Counted from the first letter of the stretch, positions 9,407-20,464 are shown. The stretch: 64,000 nucleotides of DNA from SAR324 cluster bacterium (GCA_015231825.1 JADGAV010000009.1:147870-211869); one strand, 5' to 3'. Numbers and translations are program-made. The notes: generated by a model not told the origin, from the letters alone.

Positions 9407-10512
9407 GATGATAAAACAACTCCGCTTTGTGGCGACCAACTGATGTACGCTTCATCATCCCAGGTGAACCTTTCTTGGGTACTTCTATTTATGTTGACTT
9501 GGGTTGCCATCACTGTTTTGCCACTGGTCAAAGTCACGTGGTAGGTCGAAAGTCCTCCCAAATAGACAATATCTTTGACGACCCCTTTTGCCCAATTGCA
9601 GTCTTCCTGAGGGAGTTCCCGGCTCACTACAATTTTTTCCGGACGGATTGCCACGGCTACCTCCGTTCCAACGTTTCCGATGAGTCCGTGACTGATCAGC
9701 AGCTTATTCTCAATTTCATGAGAGGCAATCACGACCTGGTCAGGTTTTTCTTCAGCAATCTTGCCGGAAAAGATATTGACAGAGCCGATGAATTCGGCAC
9801 AGAATCGATTGTGAGGAAACTCATAGATCTCTGCCGGTGTGCCGACCTGAATTATGGATCCTTCATTCATGACTGCGATTCGCCAGGCCATCGTCATGGC
9901 TTCTTCCTGATCATGGGTGACCATAACACAGGTCACTCCCACCCGCTCAATAATGTCTACCAGTTCCAGCTGCATCTGGACGCGCAGTTTTTTGTCCAAT
10001 GCCGCCATCGGTTCATCCAGCAAAAGCAATTTGGGGCTTTTGACCAAGATTCTCGCGAGAGCCACCCGTTGCCGTTGTCCTCCTGAGAGTTGGTGAGGAC
10101 TTCGTTTACCGTAATTTTGCATTTCCACCAAAGAGAGTGCTTCTGCGACCTTTTTTTTGATTATATTTTTAGGAGTCCCTTCCTGCTTGAGGCCAAAGGC
10201 GACATTTTTTTCTACAGTCATGTGGGGAAACAAAGCATAGGACTGAAACATCATGTTGACATGACGCAGATAGGGAGGAATGTTTGCCATATCTTCCCCA
10301 TCAATTAAAATCTGTCCTGAGCTGGGAGTCTCAAATCCCGCAAGCATTCGTAAAAGCGTTGATTTTCCGCATCCGGAACTTCCTAATAATGCGAAGATCT
10401 CCCCTTTCCTTATGTTCAAATTGACATCTTTGACTGCTACAATTCGATCAAAGGTTTTGTTGATTTGTTTGATCTCAACAAAGGATTGTGGATCTTCGCT
10501 CAGCGTTGGCAT
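9403..10512 (-). CDS. potG: polyamine ABC transporter ATP-binding protein (PotG/PotA-like)
   Basis: Walker A GSSGCGKST, ABC signature LSGGQRQRVALARIL, Walker B LLLDEP, C-terminal TOBE-like domain. Confidence 0.9.
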   Translation of the reverse strand: MPTLSEDPQSFVEIKQINKTFDRIVAVKDVNLNIRKGEIFALLGSSGCGKSTLLRMLAGFETPSSGQILIDGEDMANIPPYLRHVNMMFQSYALFPHMTVEKNVAFGLKQEGTPKNIIKKKVAEALSLVEMQNYGKRSPHQLSGGQRQRVALARILVKSPKLLLLDEPMAALDKKLRVQMQLELVDIIERVGVTCVMVTHDQEEAMTMAWRIAVMNEGSIIQVGTPAEIYEFPHNRFCAEFIGSVNIFSGKIAEEKPDQVVIASHEIENKLLISHGLIGNVGTEVAVAIRPEKIVVSRELPQEDCNWAKGVVKDIVYLGGLSTYHVTLTSGKTVMATQVNINRSTQERFTWDDEAYISWSPQSGVVLSS

Positions 10513-10647
10513 AGGCGGGTTGGTTGAGACTGTAGAGGTTGAGGCAGCAAATGAAATGCAGGTTTTACACAGTTGAATATCGATTTGCTGTTATTCTATT
10601 CAACTGAAAAGGCGTTCCTGCAAAACTGAGAAACGCCCGCTTTTGAA

Positions 10648-11757
10648 TCATTTGCCGGTTTTGATTTTTGTCCAAACCCGGTTTTGAACCCGATCAATCT
10701 TTGGAGGTGTGACTTCAAAGGTATAAAGTTTTTCTTTGGTTGCCGCATCCGGATAAATGCTTTTGTCTTCTCTCACTTCCTTGTCAACCAGATTGAAAGA
10801 AGCATTGTTTCCATTTGCGTAGGCCACATAGTTAGAAATCTCGGCAATGATTTCGGGTCGCATCAGGAAATCTAGAAATTTGTGGGCATTGTCCGGATGT
10901 TTGGCATCACTTGGAATTGCAAGCATATCAAACCACATTCCAGCACCTTCTTTGGGAATAATATAAAGGATTTCGACTCCATTATCCGCCTCACTTGCTC
11001 GATCGGCTGCTTGAATCACATCGCCTGACCAGCCCATGGCGATGCAGGAATCTCCATTGGCCAGATCATTGATGTATTTTGATGAATGAAAATAGCTCAC
11101 AAAGGGACGGATCTTCTCCAGGAGCGGTTGTGCAAATTTGGTATAATCCGACGCATTGCGGCTATTGGGGTTTTTCCCAAGATAGTGCAGTGCTGCAGGC
11201 AGCACTTCTGAAGGGGCGTCGAGCAAAGAAACTCCACAGGAACTCAACTTGGAAACTATTTCCGGTTTAAAAAGCAGATCCCAGGAATTTAACGCGACCG
11301 AATCGCCAAGAATTGCTTTTAGTTTTCCAACGTTGACTCCAATTCCGGTGGTTCCCCAAAGATAAGGGATGGAATATTGATTGCCCGGATCGACAATCTT
11401 AAGGGTTTCCATCATGGCCATATCGAGATTATTCCAATTTGATAATTTCTTTTTGTCCAGTTTTTGAAAAACACCGGCCTTGATTTGCCTCCCCAGAAAA
11501 GAAGACGATGGAACAACAAGATCAAATCCTGTCTTTCCTGCCAGCAGTTTAGCTTCCAGGACTTCGTTGCTGTCAAAAACATCATATGTCACTTTAATGC
11601 CAGTTTCTTTTTCAAACTTGGCAATGGTCTCTTCGGCGATGTAATCTGACCAATTGTAGACATAGAGCAGTTTTTCTTCGGCGGCATTGAGCATTCCTGC
11701 GAAGAGAAACAAAGCGATGCTGGCAAGAAATATATTTTTGGTCATTTGTTTAAACAT
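10648..11757 (-). CDS. potF: periplasmic putrescine/spermidine-binding protein (PotF/PotD family)
   Basis: Signal peptide [25 protein letters not shown]. PotD/PotF-family length and conserved aromatic-rich binding segments ([17 protein letters not shown]). Confidence 0.9.
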   Translation of the reverse strand: MFKQMTKNIFLASIALFLFAGMLNAAEEKLLYVYNWSDYIAEETIAKFEKETGIKVTYDVFDSNEVLEAKLLAGKTGFDLVVPSSSFLGRQIKAGVFQKLDKKKLSNWNNLDMAMMETLKIVDPGNQYSIPYLWGTTGIGVNVGKLKAILGDSVALNSWDLLFKPEIVSKLSSCGVSLLDAPSEVLPAALHYLGKNPNSRNASDYTKFAQPLLEKIRPFVSYFHSSKYINDLANGDSCIAMGWSGDVIQAADRASEADNGVEILYIIPKEGAGMWFDMLAIPSDAKHPDNAHKFLDFLMRPEIIAEISNYVAYANGNNASFNLVDKEVREDKSIYPDAATKEKLYTFEVTPPKIDRVQNRVWTKIKTGK

Positions 11758-11803
11758 TTTTACCTCCCTTGGTGATTTTGGAAAAAGAAATGAAATTCGT
11801 TTA

Positions 11804-13168
11804 TTAGTTCTTCATTTGCAGCTTTTCTGAAGTTAAATCAAGACTTTTTAGAGCCAGAGTGATCAGCTCATCAATATGTGACTTATCGAATATCAGAGGG
11901 GGTGAGATCACCATGGTATCTCCAACGGACCTCATCACTAAACCCGATCGAAAACAGGCGTCCCGGCAGATGAGACCAACGTTGTCTGATTCAGGGAAAC
12001 ACTCCATACTGTTTTTGTCTTTTACCAGTTCCAGTGCAGCCATAAAACCTATGCTTCTGGCTTCTCCAACCAGCGGATGATTTTCCAGTTCTTTCCAGCG
12101 TTTTTGCAGATAAGGGGCCGTGAAATCGTGGACATTCTCGATGATTTTTTCTTCTTTTATAATTCTGATGTTTTCTGTTGCAACCGCACAGGCCACTGGA
12201 TGACCGGAATAAGTGAAGCCGTGGTAAAACTCTCCACCCTCGTCAATCAAAACACCGGCCACACGATCAGAAACCATCACTCCGCCGATGGGGAGATAAC
12301 CCGAGGAAAGACCTTTGGCAATAGGCATTAAATCGGCCTTGATTTGAAAGTGATCACTGCCGAACCAACGGCCCATGCGACCGAATCCGCAGATAACTTC
12401 ATCGGCGATCAGCAAAATTCCGTACTTGTCACAGATCCGCTGGATTTCGGGCCAATAAGTTGCTGGAGGAATAATGACCCCACCGGCCCCTTGTACGGGT
12501 TCACCAATGAATGCTGCGACTCTGTTTTCACCCAGCTCAATAATTTTTGTTTCCAAAGCCTGTGCGGCATTGATTCCAAATTCATCTGGTGTTGAATCGC
12601 CTCCATCCTTAAACCAATGGGGTTGTTGAATGTGAACAATATCAGGAATAGGAAGTCCTCCCTGGGCATGCATCGGCTTCATTCCACCCAGACTCGCAGC
12701 CGCCATCGTGCTGCCGTGATAGGCGTTCTCGCGGCTGATAATCACGGTTTTATCTGCTTTTCCCTTCAAATCCCAATATCGTCGAACCATTCTTACTACG
12801 GTATCGTTCGCTTCAGAACCGGAATTGGTAAAAAATACATGATTGAAATGATTTGGAGTGACTTCACTCAAGATTTGCGAAAGTTCTGCTGCAGGCGGGT
12901 GAGTCGTCTGAAAAAACAAATTGTAATAGGGGAGGGAAAGCATTTGCTGATAGGCGGCATCGACGAGTTCTTTCCTGCCATAACCGATGTTGCAGCACCA
13001 GAGTCCTGCCATTCCATCCAAAATTTTGTTTCCTTCTGAATCCCAGAGGTAAACACCCTCTGCTCTGGTGATCACACGACTTCCTTTTTTATTCAGGTCT
13101 TTGTAGTCAGTAAATGGATGCAAATTGTGAGCAGCATCAATTTGCTGTAATTCACTTGTGGTTTTCAT
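11804..13168 (-). CDS. class III PLP-dependent aminotransferase (putrescine/beta-alanine--pyruvate transaminase, SpuC-like)
   Basis: 454 aa; PLP-lysine region [15 protein letters not shown]; omega-transaminase fold motifs. Sits directly upstream of the pot transporter genes. Confidence 0.85.
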   Translation of the reverse strand: MKTTSELQQIDAAHNLHPFTDYKDLNKKGSRVITRAEGVYLWDSEGNKILDGMAGLWCCNIGYGRKELVDAAYQQMLSLPYYNLFFQTTHPPAAELSQILSEVTPNHFNHVFFTNSGSEANDTVVRMVRRYWDLKGKADKTVIISRENAYHGSTMAAASLGGMKPMHAQGGLPIPDIVHIQQPHWFKDGGDSTPDEFGINAAQALETKIIELGENRVAAFIGEPVQGAGGVIIPPATYWPEIQRICDKYGILLIADEVICGFGRMGRWFGSDHFQIKADLMPIAKGLSSGYLPIGGVMVSDRVAGVLIDEGGEFYHGFTYSGHPVACAVATENIRIIKEEKIIENVHDFTAPYLQKRWKELENHPLVGEARSIGFMAALELVKDKNSMECFPESDNVGLICRDACFRSGLVMRSVGDTMVISPPLIFDKSHIDELITLALKSLDLTSEKLQMKN

Positions 13169-13202
13169 TCGACACTCCGGTGCTGGAAAATGGATTTTGA
13201 AT

Positions 13203-14537
13203 TTAGACGTTCAACAAAAGAAATTCTCGTTCCCAGGGACTGATCACTCGATAGTAGGTCTGATATTCTTTTTCTTTGACCGCAATGTATATTCGGACAA
13301 ACTGTTCTCCTAAAACATCTTGAAGAACCTGATTGTTTTTTAGCTGGCGGAGCGATTCATGGAGCGTTCTTGGCAGTCCGAAAGGTAAATCATAGGCGTT
13401 TCCCTCGAAAGGAGGAGTGGGTTCCAGATTTTCTTCCATTCCCAAATATCCGCATGCTAAGGTTAGGGCGATCGCCAGGTAAGGGTTTGCATCGGCTCCT
13501 GCGACTCTGTTTTCAACACGTGTGTTCTCTGGAGAGGAGAATGGAATTCTTAGTCCAACGGTGCGATTGTCGTATCCCCAATGCACGTTGATAGGACACG
13601 CCATGTCTCTGGTGAATCTTCGAAAAGAATTCACATTGGGAGCAAAAAACGGCATTGCTGCTGGCAGATATTTCTGCAGTCCGGCAATATAGGAAAAAAA
13701 GTAGTTGCTGTTCTTCCCTTCTTCATTGATAAAAATGTTCTGATGTGTTTTTTTGTCAAGAATGCTTTGGTGAATGTGCATTGAACTTCCCGCTTCGTTT
13801 TCCATCGGTTTTGCCATGAAAGTTGCGTACATCTGATGACCAATGGCGGCTTCCCGCACCGTCCGTTTGAACAGAAAAGACTGATCTGCCAGACTTAGGG
13901 GTTCACCGTGGAGAAAATTGATTTCTAACTGTGCGGCTCCTCCTTCGTGGATTAAAGTGTCAATATCAAGATTTTGTGCATCACAGAATTTGTAAATGTC
14001 TTCATAAAAAGCAGTGAATTCATCCAGTGCTTCAATCCCGTAAGGTTGACGGCCGATTTCTTGACGACCCGATCTTCCAACAGGAGGTTCGAGGGGGTAA
14101 TCGGGGTCCGGGTTGGTTTTTGTCAGAAAAAACTCGAGTTCGGGCGCCACTACCGGTTGCCAGTGTTTATCCTCATAAAGTTTTAAAATCTTCCTTAAAA
14201 TGCTTCGCGGAGCAAAACTGACTAATTCCTCTTGCTGATTGTAGCAATCATGGATAATCTGTGCTCTCGGTTTTTTTGCCCACGGAACAATTCTGATTGT
14301 ATCTGCATCCGGGCGCAAAAGCATGTCGAATTCTGCCGGATCGACCAACGTCGATTCGTCGGGCCAGTCGCCAGTGACGGTCTGAGTGAAAATCGATTCT
14401 GGAATACGTATCCCGTTTTCCTGCGTAAATTTGGAGGCAGGCATGATTTTTCCTCGTTGGATTCCGGTAATATCGGGAATTATGCACTCCACTTCCGAGA
14501 TATTATGTTTGATAAACCATTTTTTTATTGATTCCAT
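13203..14537 (-). CDS. puuA: glutamine synthetase family protein, gamma-glutamylputrescine/polyamine synthetase (PuuA-like)
   Basis: GS catalytic-domain motifs (ELEFFL, KPMENEAGSSMHIHQSI, NRTVGLRIP, NRVAGADANPYLA). Start placed at the internal Met MESIKKWF, which matches the N-terminus of the divergent paralog. Confidence 0.8.
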   Translation of the reverse strand: MESIKKWFIKHNISEVECIIPDITGIQRGKIMPASKFTQENGIRIPESIFTQTVTGDWPDESTLVDPAEFDMLLRPDADTIRIVPWAKKPRAQIIHDCYNQQEELVSFAPRSILRKILKLYEDKHWQPVVAPELEFFLTKTNPDPDYPLEPPVGRSGRQEIGRQPYGIEALDEFTAFYEDIYKFCDAQNLDIDTLIHEGGAAQLEINFLHGEPLSLADQSFLFKRTVREAAIGHQMYATFMAKPMENEAGSSMHIHQSILDKKTHQNIFINEEGKNSNYFFSYIAGLQKYLPAAMPFFAPNVNSFRRFTRDMACPINVHWGYDNRTVGLRIPFSSPENTRVENRVAGADANPYLAIALTLACGYLGMEENLEPTPPFEGNAYDLPFGLPRTLHESLRQLKNNQVLQDVLGEQFVRIYIAVKEKEYQTYYRVISPWEREFLLLNV

Positions 14538-14677
14538 AGAAAAAGTCTTTTTGAAATCAGCGGCGAATTTTTTAAAAGGAAAATAAATCGGAATGTTGCT
14601 TAAATGCGATCTTGACCGTGACAACAGTATTAATAAGTTTCGCTTCTAAATGTCAAACCTTCTCTGCATAATAAAAG

Positions 14678-16066
14678 ATGCCGGTACCTGAAAGTATAAG
14701 GGAAGCGAAAAATTTCCTCGTCCAGTTTCCTGAAATTGAAAATATTGACTTGTTGATCCCCGACACCAATGGAATTTTTCGTGGAAAAAGAATTGGTCGG
14801 CAGGATCTGGTCAAGGTTTATCAAGAAGGGGTTTATTTTCCGGGTTCCACGTTTGCACTGGACATCACGGGTCATACCGTGGAGGCAAGTGGTCTTTCAT
14901 TTGATATTGGTGATGCCGATCAGCTCTGTCGCCCAATTCCTGGAACCTTGCAGTCGGTTCCCTGGAAAGATCCTTTATCAGGCCAGGTCTTGTTGACAAT
15001 GTACCAGCAGGAAGAAGAATTGTTTTTCGCCAGTGCAAGGAATGTCCTGCACCGGGTTCTGGATCGATTTTCTGATCTCAAACTCACTCCGGTGGTTGCT
15101 GTTGAAATGGAATTTTATTTACTGGAACGGAGACTGGAACAAGATGAACCGCCGCAACCGCCGCTCTCTCCGGTAACTGGAATTCGGGAAAGCGCCACCC
15201 AGGTTTATTCAATGGAAAATCTGGATGACTATCAAGAGTTCCTTTTGGAAGTCTCGCAGGTTTCAAATATTCAAAATATTCCGGTCAATGCTGCTATTGC
15301 CGAATATGCACCGGGTCAGTTTGAAGTAAACTTGCATCACCAACCGGACCCGTTGGGCGCCTGCGATCATGCCATGCTTCTGAAGCGGATCATCAAAGGG
15401 GTTGCTCGAAAGCATGAAATGGATGCTACTTTTATGGCCAAACCCTACATGGAATGTTCCGGCAACGGCACTCATATTCACCTCAGTTTGCTGGACGAAG
15501 AAGGAAACAACGTTTTTAAAGGAGAGGAAAGGCATGAAATCAATGAAATGCCAAAAAACGAATTTCTTCAGCACGCTGTTGGTGGATTGCTCGAAACTAT
15601 GAACGAAGGAATGGCGATATTTGCTCCCAATGCCAATTCATTCAAACGTTTTCAGAACAATAATTATGTCCCAATGTGCCCCAATTGGGGATGGAACAAC
15701 CGAACAACAGCAATTCGAATTCCCTCCGGACCTCCCAATGCCACCAGAATTGAACACAGGGTTGCCGGTGCTGATTCCAATCCATACTTACTGTTGGCTG
15801 CTCTGTTGGCTGGAATCGATTATGGCATACGTCATTGTGTTAAACCTTACAATTTTGTCGTCGGTAACGGTTACGAACAACACGAATCGAGCCTTCCAGA
15901 CAATTGGAAAGAGGCTCTCGAATCTTTGAAAAACGGCAAAATCCTACCCGATTATTTGGGAGAGCAATATTGCAAAATGTATCTTGCCTGCAAGACAGAA
16001 GAAATGCAGGCTTTTCAACAGCATATCTCCAGGTTGGAGTATCAGTGGTACTTGAATGCAGTTTGA
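14678..16066 (+). CDS. glutamine synthetase family protein, second gamma-glutamylpolyamine synthetase paralog
   Basis: Same GS-family motifs (EMEFYL, KPYMECSGNGTHIHLSL, NRTTAIRIP, HRVAGADSNPYLL). Divergently transcribed from the previous gene, with 53 bp between them. Confidence 0.8.
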   Translation: MPVPESIREAKNFLVQFPEIENIDLLIPDTNGIFRGKRIGRQDLVKVYQEGVYFPGSTFALDITGHTVEASGLSFDIGDADQLCRPIPGTLQSVPWKDPLSGQVLLTMYQQEEELFFASARNVLHRVLDRFSDLKLTPVVAVEMEFYLLERRLEQDEPPQPPLSPVTGIRESATQVYSMENLDDYQEFLLEVSQVSNIQNIPVNAAIAEYAPGQFEVNLHHQPDPLGACDHAMLLKRIIKGVARKHEMDATFMAKPYMECSGNGTHIHLSLLDEEGNNVFKGEERHEINEMPKNEFLQHAVGGLLETMNEGMAIFAPNANSFKRFQNNNYVPMCPNWGWNNRTTAIRIPSGPPNATRIEHRVAGADSNPYLLLAALLAGIDYGIRHCVKPYNFVVGNGYEQHESSLPDNWKEALESLKNGKILPDYLGEQYCKMYLACKTEEMQAFQQHISRLEYQWYLNAV

Positions 16067-16111
16067 GTTTCGCCGGTAGTAAATTGATTATCCACTTCCT
16101 GAGAAAACATT

Positions 16112-17392
16112 ATGACACGTTTGGAACATGAGCCTTCTTATTATGTCGCTTCCGCGAATCAAAACCTCAACTATCCCACTTTGGAAGAAGAGAATTCTTG
16201 TGATGTCTGTGTAATTGGCGGCGGAATAACAGGCGCATCTGCTGCGCTGCATCTCAGACAGAAAGGGTATGAAGTAACCCTTTTAGAATCGAATCGCGTT
16301 GCCTGGGGAGCATCAGGAAGGTCCGGAGGGCAATACATTTTTGGTTACAGCTGTTCTCAAAAAGTTTTGGAAAAAAATGTTGGCAAAGCCGATGCAAAAA
16401 AATTGTGGGATCTTTCAATTGACAGTATCCGTCTTGTAAATCAACTGATTGAGGAACATCAAATTGAATGCGATCAGGTTGCCGGGCAGATCAGTGTTGC
16501 CCTCAAACCACGACAACATAGAGAATTGATTGAGTGGAAAGCAGAATTGGAAAATGATTACGATTACAAAGGACTGCAGTTGTATGAAGGTGATGAATTA
16601 AAATCTCTCCTCAATTCAGAAAGATACCTGGCTGGTTTGTTTGATCCTCAGAGCGGACATTTGCATCCGATGAATTATACTTTAGGCCTGATGCGGGCAG
16701 CTGAAAAGGCGGGAACAATGATTTTTGAGGGCTCAAAGGCAACAAAGATCGAATATTCGGACAATCCGGTTGTTTACACGGAAAAAGGGAGCGTCAAATG
16801 CAAATACGTGATCCTGGCAGGAAACGCATATCTTGGTGATTTGGCGGAAAAACTGGAAAAGCGAATTATGCCGGTCGGCACTTATATTGGAGCCAGTGAA
16901 GTCCTTGGAAAGGAAAGAGCAAAGTCCCTCATCAGCAATAACATGGGAGTCTGTGATATCAATTTCGTACTGGATTATTACCGTCTTTCTAAAGACTACC
17001 GGATGCTGTTTGGCGGTCGGGTCAGTTATTCAAAAATTGATCCCTGGAATCTTGCAGAAACGATGAGAAAGCGTATGGTGACCGTCTTCCCGCAATTGAA
17101 GGAAGTGAAAATGGATTATGCATGGGGAGGGTATGTCGGCATTACCATGAATAGAGCACCCCATTTTGGGAGATTAAGAAACAATGTTTATTTTGCGCAG
17201 GGCTTTTCAGGACATGGAATCGCCTTAACCGGCATGGCAGGGAAATTGATGGCGGAGGCACTGGCTGGCACGGCAGAAAAATTTGATCTATTTGAGAAAA
17301 TCAGCCACAACCCTTTTCCTGGTGGAAAATACATGAGAACTCCAGGATTGGTGCTCGCCATGGCCTATTTCCGCTTAAGAGACATGCTCTGA
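16112..17392 (+). CDS. puuB: FAD-dependent oxidoreductase, gamma-glutamylputrescine oxidase (PuuB-like, DAO family)
   Basis: N-terminal FAD motif DVCVIGGGITGASAA; DAO-family length; placed after the GS-like gene as in puu clusters. Confidence 0.75.
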   Translation: MTRLEHEPSYYVASANQNLNYPTLEEENSCDVCVIGGGITGASAALHLRQKGYEVTLLESNRVAWGASGRSGGQYIFGYSCSQKVLEKNVGKADAKKLWDLSIDSIRLVNQLIEEHQIECDQVAGQISVALKPRQHRELIEWKAELENDYDYKGLQLYEGDELKSLLNSERYLAGLFDPQSGHLHPMNYTLGLMRAAEKAGTMIFEGSKATKIEYSDNPVVYTEKGSVKCKYVILAGNAYLGDLAEKLEKRIMPVGTYIGASEVLGKERAKSLISNNMGVCDINFVLDYYRLSKDYRMLFGGRVSYSKIDPWNLAETMRKRMVTVFPQLKEVKMDYAWGGYVGITMNRAPHFGRLRNNVYFAQGFSGHGIALTGMAGKLMAEALAGTAEKFDLFEKISHNPFPGGKYMRTPGLVLAMAYFRLRDML

Positions 17393-17461
17393 CCCGTTTT
17401 TGCCGGACTCCTTTTTCCTAAAAAATGGGAGATCGGGATGCAGCAATGTGAGAGAATATTT

Positions 17462-17810
17462 CATGAATTTAAAACTGAAACAGCTTGTTTTGATGGGGGT
17501 CTGCCTGATTGTAGTGGTCATTCTGGGCAGCAAATTCATTGGCAAGGATAGCCTTTCCAGCCCCAGCAAATTGGATAGGGAGGCTGTTGAAATTTTCGTT
17601 AAAGGTCTTCCCGTTGCAGCTTTCAATACCCCTCCCGAAAGCAAATCCATTGAGCTAGTTGGAATTCAGCAAAAAGATGAGGGCGCAATGATCTATGTCA
17701 GGTACCGGGCAAAGGATGATGGAAAACAGCATACGATTCCCTTCGAGATTGTCCGGTTCGATTCGGGAAGATGGTATTTTCCGAAAATGAGTGAATTTGT
17801 CCTGGAATGA
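17462..17810 (+). CDS. hypothetical small membrane-anchored or secreted protein
   Basis: N-terminal hydrophobic segment MNLKLKQLVLMGVCLIVVVILG. I recognise no domain. Confidence 0.35.
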
Positions 17811-17923
17811 TTGCATTTCAAATTCCTGCTCAGCAGCAGCTGAACTCCAAATTCGGAAAAATAAATGAAGGAATTCGAATCAATGGTTTTTCAAGGATCT
17901 CGTCTGTGCGTGCTGATGTGCGA

Positions 17924-19147
17924 TCAATCAAATCCACTGCAGCTGGAGCAGCTGCTGCAGGAAGAATTGTCACCGGAAGAGTCCCAATCTCCGTAATTCA
18001 GCCAGCTTCTGCCGTCGTCTCCAAAACTCTCATCAGCAGAAACTCCTTCTGCCTGAACATCTCCAACTAAATTCGCAGATTCAAATTCATTCTGATATTC
18101 ATGATTGCTGTGGTATTCAATGTCTCCCGACTCAGGAGCTTCAAAGGGAGCATCGACATTTAAAGTGTCTGTACTGCTTGCATTAAAACCTTCATCACCC
18201 ACGGTCAGCATGGACTGACCGGCCTCGTCAACCAACGTGAAATTATGAGCATGAATGCTGTGAAAATAGCTCATTTCACTCCACAGCCAGGCATAGAGAA
18301 ATGCGTCCTGGTAACCATAATATCCGTAATAGACAGGTTCTGCATTTCGATGCTGCGGCAGGTCGGAAGGAGCCTTTATTGATTTTTTTGGGCGAATCAT
18401 TTTCGCTTTGGATTTGATTTCGATCGAATCCACTTTGATATTAGTCCGGATTGCCTGTTCCAGCATTTGAACAAATTGGTCAAAGGCATGTTGTTTTTCG
18501 CGCAGATAGCCGTCGTATTTGTTCTGATCTTTGAAAATTGTCGACATCTGTTTTTTCAGTTGTTTGATGTCTGTGCCTCCTTCTCGTTTCAAATCATTGA
18601 TGATGCCGTTGATATGAATAGCAATAGGCATTTCCCCCACCTTGTGTTCTCTTTTAATGTCGATTTCAATCAGATAACGCAACTGTTCTGTTTCGTGTTC
18701 CATTACCAGATAGAGTGTTTTGAAAACCTCTGCTTCCAGTTTGTCAACGCGGAATTCAAAGTTGTCCATCGCTTCTTTTAAATCATCTTCGACCCCTTTT
18801 TCATCGAGATAAAAATCAAAATCATCTTTAGCCAGTCTGACGATATTGGTGATTCCGGTTCTGCGAAAAACAATATTGAATTGCTGCAGGATTGAAAGTG
18901 CATTGAAAGTCTCGTGTTCTTCTTTTTCAGTTCCCAGTCCGGCAGTGAGGTAATAGAAAATCTTTCCAAACATTTGGGTTGGCTTGACTGCTTCAATCAA
19001 GGTTTCCTGAGATGGTCTGACACCGATATTTCCGCTAAAATACATTGTTCCCCTTTGACTAAAAGATGTTGGTCTGGCAGGTCCCGCAATTACTTTCTGC
19101 TCCATAAAAAGGAACCGTTCCCCAAAATTCCTCTGAAGGGGTGCCAA
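17924..19147 (-). CDS. hypothetical protein with an acidic Cys/Ser-rich C-terminal tail
   Basis: 407-aa ORF with no recognisable motif. C-terminus DWDSSGDNSSCSSCSSCSGFD. Start uncertain: it overlaps the upstream ORF by about 90 bp and internal Met codons exist. Confidence 0.4.
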   Translation of the reverse strand: MAPLQRNFGERFLFMEQKVIAGPARPTSFSQRGTMYFSGNIGVRPSQETLIEAVKPTQMFGKIFYYLTAGLGTEKEEHETFNALSILQQFNIVFRRTGITNIVRLAKDDFDFYLDEKGVEDDLKEAMDNFEFRVDKLEAEVFKTLYLVMEHETEQLRYLIEIDIKREHKVGEMPIAIHINGIINDLKREGGTDIKQLKKQMSTIFKDQNKYDGYLREKQHAFDQFVQMLEQAIRTNIKVDSIEIKSKAKMIRPKKSIKAPSDLPQHRNAEPVYYGYYGYQDAFLYAWLWSEMSYFHSIHAHNFTLVDEAGQSMLTVGDEGFNASSTDTLNVDAPFEAPESGDIEYHSNHEYQNEFESANLVGDVQAEGVSADESFGDDGRSWLNYGDWDSSGDNSSCSSCSSCSGFD

Positions 19148-19598
19148 AATGCAAAAGATACAATTTCATGGTAAGCCGAAATTGTTTGTGATTTTCCTGA
19201 TCAATTCTGCGATCGGATCCAGAACTGGATTCGCCAGGATCATGGTGGATAAATCGATCAAAATTGCTGATGCAGAATTGATCATAGGTTTGAGTGCATA
19301 GAATAAATTCATGCCAAACCAAATCTATGATTTTGCTGGGAGTTAATCTCTTTTTTGAGTAAGCGATTAAATTTAGAAACCGAATCACTTCCCCCAGTGC
19401 AGTAGTCACACGATTTTCTTCGATCAGGCAATTTTCTCTGATCTTTTCTTTTAAAACGGGTTTCTTTAGAAGAATTTCCTCTGCTAATTGGAAATGGTTG
19501 AGTTTTCCGGGAAATATAAGTGATTGGTCCTCACAGACATGCTTGTTGATGTTCCTCATGAATTCAATCCGTCCAGAAGATGTTTCGTGATCATCCAC
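19059..19598 (-). CDS. hypothetical protein
   Basis: 179-aa ORF, co-oriented with and overlapping the previous gene. No recognisable domain. Confidence 0.3.
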   Translation of the reverse strand: MDDHETSSGRIEFMRNINKHVCEDQSLIFPGKLNHFQLAEEILLKKPVLKEKIRENCLIEENRVTTALGEVIRFLNLIAYSKKRLTPSKIIDLVWHEFILCTQTYDQFCISNFDRFIHHDPGESSSGSDRRIDQENHKQFRLTMKLYLLHFGTPSEEFWGTVPFYGAESNCGTCQTNIF

Positions 19599-19813
19599 AT
19601 TAACTTATTCTTTCGATAAATTTAAGAAATTTCTCTACTATTGCAGTATTCTGCGACGCGAGGATGCCCTCAAGCGGTCTCATTCCTCCTGCCGATTTGA
19701 TGCTCTGCTATCTCCTTCACCCTGAATTTAAATTGTGTTAGAATCTTTCTGTTATTCAATGAAAGAAAAAATGGGAATCTTTCGTTTTCAATTGTTTATT
19801 GGGAAAATCTGAT

Positions 19814-20422
19814 ATGAAAAAAGTCACCCATTATTTTGACTATAAAAGCCCCTATGCCTTTCTCGCACAGGAGGCTACCTTCCAGTTGAGGAAGGATACC
19901 GGCATCGAAATAGACTGGCTACCTTATACGCTCAACATTTCTCAGTTTTTAGGTGTTCCCGAATCGAATCTATCTGAAGAGAAGTCCGTCCAGGTCCGCA
20001 ATGCCCATCAGTGGCGAAGAGTTAAATACATTTACCTGGATTGCAGGCGGGAGGCCAACCGGCGAGGATTGATGGTGCGCGGACCTCGAAAAATCTTTGA
20101 CAGTTCCATTGCCCATATTGGATTTCTCTACGCCAAACATGGAGGTAATTTTGAAAATTTCCACAACACTCTGTTTGAGCGATTTTGGAAAAGGGAATTG
20201 GATCTGGAAAACCCGATTGCTGTTGCCGAATTGTTAGAGGAAACGGATGTAAATCCAGCTGGGTTTCAGGATTTTTTGGTGGGAGAAGGGCGCAGTGAAC
20301 TCAGTAAAATTCAAAGCGATGCGGAGGCAAGAGGAGTTTTTGGAGTCCCGTCCTATCTGGTCGACAATGAACTATTTTGGGGAGCAGAACGATTGGGACG
20401 GGTAAGGGAACTTTTAACCTGA
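19814..20422 (+). CDS. 2-hydroxychromene-2-carboxylate isomerase / DsbA-like thioredoxin-fold protein (GST-kappa family)
   Basis: N-terminal YFDYKSPYAFLA and C-terminal FGVPSYLVDNELFWGAERLGRVREL typical of the HCCA isomerase/DsbA-like family. Confidence 0.7.
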   Translation: MKKVTHYFDYKSPYAFLAQEATFQLRKDTGIEIDWLPYTLNISQFLGVPESNLSEEKSVQVRNAHQWRRVKYIYLDCRREANRRGLMVRGPRKIFDSSIAHIGFLYAKHGGNFENFHNTLFERFWKRELDLENPIAVAELLEETDVNPAGFQDFLVGEGRSELSKIQSDAEARGVFGVPSYLVDNELFWGAERLGRVRELLT

Positions 20423-20464
20423 TAGGGACAATCTTCGTTGTGTTACTGCTTCTAAAAAATCTGT

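Noticed and set aside
9427-10086. 219-aa plus-strand ORF
   Set aside because: Antisense to the PotG ATPase, which has unambiguous Walker motifs.
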